Shown: positions 57,936-64,000 of the stretch, in pieces | How the letters are laid out: each line of letters opens with the position of its first letter | Position numbering within the stretch: the stretch's first letter is position 1 | Source: an uncultured Candidatus Saccharibacteria bacterium | GTDB taxonomy: Bacteria; Patescibacteriota; UBA1384; 2-12-FULL-50-11; DASWYB01 | Assembly (NCBI GenBank): GCA_964372935.1 | Contig: CAYJRF010000001.1 | Coordinates: 8,993 to 72,992, forward strand | Length of the DNA: 64,000 bases | Direction of reading: 5' to 3' | The notes under the pieces: model-generated | Databases searched by the model: none | The model's input: only the letters and a program-made list of their open reading frames with translations | Told to the model about the DNA's origin: nothing | Position numbers and translations under genes: made by a program

Positions 57936-58005
57936 AGGGGCACAGCGTTTTCGCCCAAATGAGCGCTTAGGACCGAGAACTCTCTCTCTTACAATCCGGA
58001 TTATA
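57936..58005. ncRNA. Candidate structured RNA: long imperfect hairpin (about 22-bp stem) enclosing a roughly 45-nt internal segment
   Basis: cagagagggttctcggcctaag ... cttaggaccgagaactctctct are near-perfect inverted repeats. The enclosed segment, acaacgccgaaggaggggcacagcgttttcgcccaaatgagcg, is itself self-complementary (aacgc/gcgtt). No ORF is present and identity is unknown. Confidence 0.25.
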
Positions 58006-58189
58006 AGAGAAACATTTTAGGCTGTCAATACCTCAATGTGCGCGCGACAAATAAGGTACTGCATGTTAGGGGAATAATCACGAGCTTGTTACGCTTGAGA
58101 CTACTAAGTATTCAACGAACCAGATTCTAGCATGTTATATCCGATTTGTCAAGGTACCGCCGAGAATAATCATGGTGTAATATAATTTT

Positions 58190-59248
58190 ATGGAACTAGT
58201 CTTAGCCGCGGCGTTGTCGCGGGCAACCGGCTGGTACGACGAGAAGCTTCGTTTATTGGCCGCAGTTGTCGGTTCACTCGAAAAACTCCATCGTATGCCC
58301 GCTTCGGAGCGTAGTCATTTACTCCCACCGGCGGCTCACAGCGCTGTGCGTCAAGCCTGGTCGTCCCGCGAGCTAAAATTAACCGGCGATCTTTTACAGC
58401 AGTATGACATTAAGGGAGTATGTCTCCGGTCGCCTGATTATCCCCAACGATTGGGAGCCATCGATGACCCTCCCTATGTTTTGTACTATCGCGGAGATTT
58501 AGCGGTTTTGCATCGGCCAATGGTTGTGAGCTGCGTTGGAACTCGCGCGATGACGGTTTATGGCAAGCGAGTAGTTGTTGATTTAATAACCGGCTTGAGG
58601 GGACTCGAATGCTGCGTCGTTTCGGGTCTCGCCTTGGGCATTGACGGCCAGGTCCATCAATCAGCGCTGGCGTGTCAGGTGGCGACAGCGGCGGTGTTGG
58701 GCGGGGGACTGGATCGCTTTGAGCCCGTAACCAACGCCAGACTTGGGCGAAAAATCGCCGATCAGTATGTTGTCGTAAGCGAGTATCCGCCCGGGGTACG
58801 ACCCCAAAAACATCATTTCTTATCTCGTAATCGTATTATCGCCGGGCTGTCCCAAGCAACAGTGGTAATAGAAGGCCGAGAAAACTCCGGCGCCCTGGTG
58901 ACCGCCCGGGCCGCCGGGCGTTACGGCCGCGATGTCGGGGCGGTGCCCGGGGATATTTTTTTACCGGGGAGCCAAGGCCCTCATCAACTACTGGCCGACG
59001 GCGCGACGCCGGTAATTGGCCGTGACAGCTTTCTTTTGTTGTGCGGGTTGGAGCCGCGGTCACGCCCTGTTTCGGACTCGTCGAATCCGATAGTTAGCGT
59101 TTTACGCGCCGGGCCGTTAACCTTAGATAAACTTCACTCTACTCTAGACGTTGAATTGTCGGATCTCCAGCGACGGCTAACATTATTGGAGATGGACGGG
59201 GCGATAGGCACTACCGCCCAAGGTCAATACTACCTCGTGGATCCATGA
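58190..59248 (+). CDS. dprA: DNA processing protein DprA/Smf
   Basis: Rossmann-like DprA core (VVSGLALGIDGQVHQSAL, GALVTARAAGRYGRDVGAVPG) and a C-terminal winged-helix-like tail; classic dprA-topA linkage. Confidence 0.8.
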   Translation: MELVLAAALSRATGWYDEKLRLLAAVVGSLEKLHRMPASERSHLLPPAAHSAVRQAWSSRELKLTGDLLQQYDIKGVCLRSPDYPQRLGAIDDPPYVLYYRGDLAVLHRPMVVSCVGTRAMTVYGKRVVVDLITGLRGLECCVVSGLALGIDGQVHQSALACQVATAAVLGGGLDRFEPVTNARLGRKIADQYVVVSEYPPGVRPQKHHFLSRNRIIAGLSQATVVIEGRENSGALVTARAAGRYGRDVGAVPGDIFLPGSQGPHQLLADGATPVIGRDSFLLLCGLEPRSRPVSDSSNPIVSVLRAGPLTLDKLHSTLDVELSDLQRRLTLLEMDGAIGTTAQGQYYLVDP

Positions 59249-59327
59249 CATTACTTATCGCGCTAAATTACCGCCTCTCTTGCGGCATGGCTGTATCAAA
59301 CGCGCGTGTTCTGGTATAAATTAGCTT

Positions 59328-61640
59328 ATGGCAACCTCAAAATTAGTTCTTGTGGAATCGCCGGCCAAGGCCAAAACTATCCAACGCTTCTTGGCTGATG
59401 GCACATTGGTTAAAGCGACCTTTGGACATATCCGCGACTTGCCGAAAAGTCGTCTTGGGGTTGATGTTGCCGACAACTTTAAGCCCGAATACGTGATTCC
59501 GAAAAAAGCCGGCCCGATCGTCCGCGAGCTAAAAGCCTTAGCTCGACGGGCGCAATCAGTCTATTTAGCGACCGATCCGGACCGAGAAGGCGAGGCAATC
59601 GCTTGGCACGCCTCGCTGGCCCTGGACCTTCCGAAAGAAAAAATTCACCGTATCTTATTTCACGAAATTACCCCGGCGGCGATCACGCGTGCCCTGGAAA
59701 AGCCGTCAACCATCAACGAAGGATTAGTCCACGCCCAACAGGCGAGGCGGGTGCTAGACCGTCTCGTGGGCTATAGCTTGAGCCCGTTGCTCTGGAAAAA
59801 AATCTATCGCGGACTGTCCGCCGGCCGCGTCCAGTCGGTGGCGTTGCGATTGATTACCGATCGAGAGTCAGATATCGTAGCGTTTAAGGCAAAAGAATAT
59901 TGGTCTATCTGGGCAGTCTTTACTACCGTTCGGCAGGCGTCATTTTCCGCCAAGCTGACGTCAATTGCCGGCAAAGACGTGTCCAAACAGCCCTCTCACG
60001 CCCAAATTGCTCCAGCCGAAAAGCTGGGCCCGAGCGACGGTTGGGTAATTCTTGATCGGGCGGTCGAGCAAAAGCAGCGTCACCCCAAGCCGCCGTTCAC
60101 GACCTCGACACTCCAACAAGTAGCCGGCCGTCAACTTCGCTTCTCTGTTAAACAGACGATGATGTTGGCCCAAGCGTTGTACGAAGGCGTTGACATTGGC
60201 GGTGAAACGGCGGGGTTGATTACCTACATGCGAACCGATTCTTTTAACCTTGCCGCGACGGCGGTTGAAGAGGTGAGAAAACGCATCGTCAAGAGTTTTG
60301 GGGCGGAGTATCTTCCCGAGAGTCCGCGACGGTACAAAACAAAAAGCAAAGGGGCTCAAGAAGCCCACGAGGCGATCCGACCGACGAGTGTTAATTATCT
60401 CCCCGAGAATGTGAAGCGTTATTTAACGCCACAGCAATATAAGCTCTATGACTTGATCTGGCGGCGGACAATGGCTTGCCAAATGGCCTCGGCCGATCTG
60501 GAAGCCACGCGATTATCGGTGAGCTTAGAGCGAGATCACGCCGCCGTGGTGTACACCGCCCACGGAATTCGAGTCCTTTTTCCCGGTTTTACCCGGATTT
60601 ATGAGGAAGAACGGGATGAAAGCTCTTCTCACGGCGAATCATCCGAGGGCGACGACTCAACCCAGATACTGCCGGAAGTGGCCATTGGCGATCCAGTTGT
60701 TCTGGATAAAATGGCACCGAAACAACACTTCACCCAACCGCCGCCACGATATACCGAAGCAAGCTTGGTACAAGAACTCGAACGGCTGGGAATCGGTCGA
60801 CCGTCAACTTATGCCCCAACAATCAGCACGATCCAAGATCGGGGCTATGTAACCAAGGATCAAGGCAAGTTTATGCCTCAAGAGGTCGGCGGGATAGTCA
60901 TCAAACTACTGCGGGAACATTTTCCCGACATCATTGATTATGATTTTACGGCTGGGATGGAGAAAGATCTCGACAAAATCGCCGCCGGTCAAAAAAAATG
61001 GGTTGAAGTAGTTCGAGCTTTCTACCAGCCATTCTCCGCGCTGGTCGAGAAGGCCCAGAAGACGGTTGATAAAAAATCGCTCGTCGAAACCGCCACCGAT
61101 GAAAAATGTCCCGAGTGCGGTAAACAGTTGATGAACAAATTTGGTCGCTACGGTCGGTTTTTGGCCTGCACAGGATTTCCCGAATGCCGCTATACGCGCC
61201 CGGTGAATATGGACGAAAAAACGCGCGAAAAACAAGAGGCTCTGGTTGAGGGCCGACACTGTCCCAATGACAAGGGAGAACTGATTATCCGAACTGGTCG
61301 TTTCGGGAGCTTTATTGGCTGTATTAATTACCCGAAGTGCGATTATGTCGAAACAATTATAAAAGAGATCGGTGTGGTATGTCCCGACGACGGTGGGCAA
61401 ATAATTGAGCGTCGCTCGCGACGAGGCAAGATATTTTGGGGGTGTAGCAACTACCCAAAATGTCATTTCGCATCGTGGGACAAGCCGCTGAATCAAACGT
61501 GCCCGACTTGTCACAAAATGATGGTTGAGCGTCGGGGCCAAGCCGTCTGCCGACAATGCGCTCAATCTCTCGGCGATACAGAGGCGCCAAAGAAGCGACG
61601 TTCTGTTCCCGTTGGTCGCCGACAACGGAGTCAGAAATGA
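59328..61640 (+). CDS. topA: DNA topoisomerase I
   Basis: TOPRIM N-terminus (LVLVESPAKAKTIQRFL, DPDREGEAIAWH), type IA core and three C-terminal C4 zinc-ribbon repeats. Confidence 0.9.
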   Translation: MATSKLVLVESPAKAKTIQRFLADGTLVKATFGHIRDLPKSRLGVDVADNFKPEYVIPKKAGPIVRELKALARRAQSVYLATDPDREGEAIAWHASLALDLPKEKIHRILFHEITPAAITRALEKPSTINEGLVHAQQARRVLDRLVGYSLSPLLWKKIYRGLSAGRVQSVALRLITDRESDIVAFKAKEYWSIWAVFTTVRQASFSAKLTSIAGKDVSKQPSHAQIAPAEKLGPSDGWVILDRAVEQKQRHPKPPFTTSTLQQVAGRQLRFSVKQTMMLAQALYEGVDIGGETAGLITYMRTDSFNLAATAVEEVRKRIVKSFGAEYLPESPRRYKTKSKGAQEAHEAIRPTSVNYLPENVKRYLTPQQYKLYDLIWRRTMACQMASADLEATRLSVSLERDHAAVVYTAHGIRVLFPGFTRIYEEERDESSSHGESSEGDDSTQILPEVAIGDPVVLDKMAPKQHFTQPPPRYTEASLVQELERLGIGRPSTYAPTISTIQDRGYVTKDQGKFMPQEVGGIVIKLLREHFPDIIDYDFTAGMEKDLDKIAAGQKKWVEVVRAFYQPFSALVEKAQKTVDKKSLVETATDEKCPECGKQLMNKFGRYGRFLACTGFPECRYTRPVNMDEKTREKQEALVEGRHCPNDKGELIIRTGRFGSFIGCINYPKCDYVETIIKEIGVVCPDDGGQIIERRSRRGKIFWGCSNYPKCHFASWDKPLNQTCPTCHKMMVERRGQAVCRQCAQSLGDTEAPKKRRSVPVGRRQRSQK

Positions 61641-62260
61641 GACCGAAACAATTCCTGCCCCAATCGGTCCAAAATCTTAGCCGCGCGCTGTGTCGTTTGC
61701 CGGGGATCGGCCCCAAAACGGCCAATCGGCTAACTTTCTACCTCCTTAACCGACCGACAGATGAGGTAGAGGAAATTGGCCGAGCTTTCAATCAACTAAA
61801 GCTCAACCTCAAAACATGCGGCGTTTGTTATACGATAAGTGAGTCCGATCCATGCCTTGTCTGCGCGGATGCCGAGCGCGACGGCGCGAAAATAATGATA
61901 GTAGAGGAGCCGCTCGATATGCTGGCGATGGAACGCACCGGCTTTGACGGCGTTTACCACGTTCTAGGCGGCGTGATTTCGCCAATTAATGGCGTTGGCC
62001 CGCGTGATTTAAAAATTGCCGAGCTCGTTTTACGCGCGACTAATAAGGTGGTTGTGGAAGTAATTCTCGCCACAGACCCCAGCCTAGAGGGGGAGGCGAC
62101 GGCATCGTATATCACGGAAAGTTTGGGTGTTATCGATCGTAAGGATCTACACATATCGCGGCTGGCTCGCGGACTTCCGGTAGGCGGCGACTTGGAATAC
62201 GCCGATGAAATGACCCTACGACGCGCTCTGGAAGGTCGCCAAAATTATCGAGTAAGTTAA
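61637..62260 (+). CDS. recR: Recombination protein RecR
   Basis: HhH N-terminus (LPGIGPKTANRL), C4 zinc finger (CGVCYTISESDPCLVC) and Toprim domain; start ATG overlaps the topA stop (ATGA). Confidence 0.85.
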   Translation: MRPKQFLPQSVQNLSRALCRLPGIGPKTANRLTFYLLNRPTDEVEEIGRAFNQLKLNLKTCGVCYTISESDPCLVCADAERDGAKIMIVEEPLDMLAMERTGFDGVYHVLGGVISPINGVGPRDLKIAELVLRATNKVVVEVILATDPSLEGEATASYITESLGVIDRKDLHISRLARGLPVGGDLEYADEMTLRRALEGRQNYRVS

Positions 62261-62262
62261 GT

Positions 62263-63627
62263 ATGCCGTCGCCAATCACGTTATTTAATACTCTGGGGCG
62301 GAGACCTGAAACGTTTCAGCCGATTAGTGACGAGGCAGTTCGAATATACGTCTGTGGCCCGACGGTGTATGACGATGTTCACATTGGGAATTTACGGACA
62401 TATATATTTAACGATGTTCTCCGACGAACGCTCGAATACTTTGGTTGTCGAGTTATTCAGGCGATGAATATTACCGACGTTGGCCATCTGACCGACAATG
62501 CAATCGCCGAAGACAAGATGGAAACGACTGCTCGCCGAGCGGGACGTCATCCGCTCGAAATTGCAAAACTTCACACTGAACGATTTTTTGCCGATTTGAC
62601 TAAGCTCAATATCCTCGCGCCACATAAGGTGCTTAGCGCTTCGGAAACAGTCGCGGACCAAATCGAACTTCTCCGAGAATTGGAAAGTAATGGTTTTACG
62701 TACCAAACGAGTTATGGAGTCTATTTTGATACGGCAAAATTTTCGACATATGGCCAACTGACTCGTCAGTCTCCCGACGAGATGCGCGTGGGGGCACGCT
62801 CCGAAGTCGTTGTCGATAGCGAAAAAAAACATCCGCGCGATTTTGCTCTGTGGTTATTTGTTGTTGGACGTCATGCCCGCCATACGATGCGCTGGCCGTC
62901 GCCGTGGGGTGAAGGATTCCCGGGATGGCACTTGGAATGCTCGGCAATCTCGCGACGGTTACTTGGTCAGCCGTTTGACATCCATACCGGAGGGGTTGAT
63001 CTGATTGGGACTCATCATACCAACGAAATGGCCCAAAGCGAGGCGGCCTACAAAAGCCCGTTGGCTAATTTCTGGCTTCACGGCGAGCATTTGCTGGTAG
63101 ACGGGGAGAAAATGAGTAAAAGTCGCGGCAATGTTTATGGACTGGATGATTTGAAAAAACGCGGATTTGATCCCTTGGATTATCGTTATCTCACCTTAAC
63201 TGTCCATTATCGCAGTAGGCTGAATTTTACCTGGTCCGCCTTGGCCGCGGCGGCAAAAGCCCGAGACCATATTCGACGCGATTGTCTGAAGTTGCCGCAG
63301 CAGCCACCGGATCAGACCTCTGTTGCCAGCGTGGAAGCGGCGCTACGGGACGATTTGAACCTGCCCCAAGTTCTGGGAATTTTGCATCAGTCGCGCTCGG
63401 CGGCGGCGTGGCGGCGGTTCGAGCCGATATTAGCCCTTGGACTAACCGCGCCGGCGGCGCGCCCCGTTGCCCCATCGCCCAAAATCGCTCTGCTTCTCGA
63501 AGAAAGAAGTCTCGCCCGTGCCGCGGGAAAATGGGCACGAGCCGACGATATTCGCCGTCAATTGGAACAATTCGGCTATGCGATTATTGATACGCCCGAC
63601 GGCAGTCGTCTGGAGGCCAAAGATTAG
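62263..63627 (+). CDS. cysS: Cysteinyl-tRNA synthetase
   Basis: CGPTVYDDVHIGNLRT (HIGH-type), KMSKSRGN and zinc-ligand residues typical of CysRS. Confidence 0.85.
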   Translation: MPSPITLFNTLGRRPETFQPISDEAVRIYVCGPTVYDDVHIGNLRTYIFNDVLRRTLEYFGCRVIQAMNITDVGHLTDNAIAEDKMETTARRAGRHPLEIAKLHTERFFADLTKLNILAPHKVLSASETVADQIELLRELESNGFTYQTSYGVYFDTAKFSTYGQLTRQSPDEMRVGARSEVVVDSEKKHPRDFALWLFVVGRHARHTMRWPSPWGEGFPGWHLECSAISRRLLGQPFDIHTGGVDLIGTHHTNEMAQSEAAYKSPLANFWLHGEHLLVDGEKMSKSRGNVYGLDDLKKRGFDPLDYRYLTLTVHYRSRLNFTWSALAAAAKARDHIRRDCLKLPQQPPDQTSVASVEAALRDDLNLPQVLGILHQSRSAAAWRRFEPILALGLTAPAARPVAPSPKIALLLEERSLARAAGKWARADDIRRQLEQFGYAIIDTPDGSRLEAKD

Positions 63628-63757
63628 GTTGCGGTAATTTTTTACCGAACCTGTGACACATATACCCAATAGTTTTATATTTGACGCGGACGCTTCACTG
63701 CTAGAGTTTGCTTCGGTTAGAAGGACATTAACAAGGCACCGATGAGAGGAGACGGTT

Positions 63758-64000
63758 TTGAGACGATTGAACGTGGTTTGGACGACAGTCGTATTGGGGC
63801 TGTTGGTGATGACAGCGCCGAGTGCGGCCGGACCGTTTGTTGGGTCGAAAACGGTTCGACCCTTTGGACCGAACGGAAATGTCGCGGTCATGATTGATGG
63901 CCGGGACCTGGCGGTCGGACTCCAAGGGCCGCCCGGGGAGACGAAGGTTTATTTCGTCTCTTCGCCTTTGGAAATCCGGCCAACCGGCCACTATCCGGCC
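63758..64000 (+). CDS. Secreted hypothetical protein, 5' partial (runs off the window end)
   Basis: TTG start preceded by GAGGAGA; N-terminus ...VVWTTVVLGLLVMTAPSAAGP has a signal-peptide shape; open to the end of the window. Confidence 0.3.
   Translation, partial: MRRLNVVWTTVVLGLLVMTAPSAAGPFVGSKTVRPFGPNGNVAVMIDGRDLAVGLQGPPGETKVYFVSSPLEIRPTGHYPA

Noticed and set aside
57880-58010. SRP (4.5S) RNA or 6S RNA assignment for the long hairpin
   Set aside because: Partial resemblance only (a GAAGGAGG segment); the conserved domain IV GGAA tetraloop context and symmetric-loop motifs could not be aligned convincingly by eye.
60906-61625. 239-aa minus-strand ORF
   Set aside because: Antisense within topA; shadow ORF.
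1-64000. CRISPR arrays
   Set aside because: No series of regularly spaced identical direct repeats of 24-40 bp was seen. The only tandem repeats are 3x11 bp and 2x16 bp with no spacers.

Overview
This 64-kb window comes from a compact, moderately GC-rich bacterial genome whose gene content resembles CPR/Patescibacteria-like or other reduced Gram-positive-type lineages. It opens with a division and cell-wall (dcw) cluster (rsmH, ftsL, ftsI, murF, mraY, uppS, ftsW, murG, a MurC-like gene, murB, ftsQ). This is followed by recJ, radA, a PIN/TRAM gene, a convergent class A PBP, tyrS and argS. The middle of the window (about 27.2-40.7 kb) is a compositionally mosaic accessory region punctuated by five tRNA genes (Pro, Thr-UGU, Tyr, Thr-GGU and a degenerate Trp-like one) plus rpmB and rpmG. 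It contains a low-GC coiled-coil protein, a CopB-type P1B ATPase and a cassette-like array of three unrelated low-GC ORFs, one of them an AadA-like nucleotidyltransferase, each bracketed by repeated intergenic modules. A GC-rich block of hypothetical genes follows. The last third encodes a complete type IV pilus/competence-like locus (pilN, pilO, pilB, pilT, pilC, pilin, pilD and four pseudopilins), then rnhA, a eukaryote-type ileS, rodA, rplU-secE-nusG-rplK, a convergent GT-C glycosyltransferase, dprA-topA-recR and cysS. The most unusual points are the repeat-bracketed cassette array beside a truncated tRNA-Trp-like gene, the MurC homologue that has lost both its glycine-rich loop and its P-loop, and several candidate structured non-coding regions.
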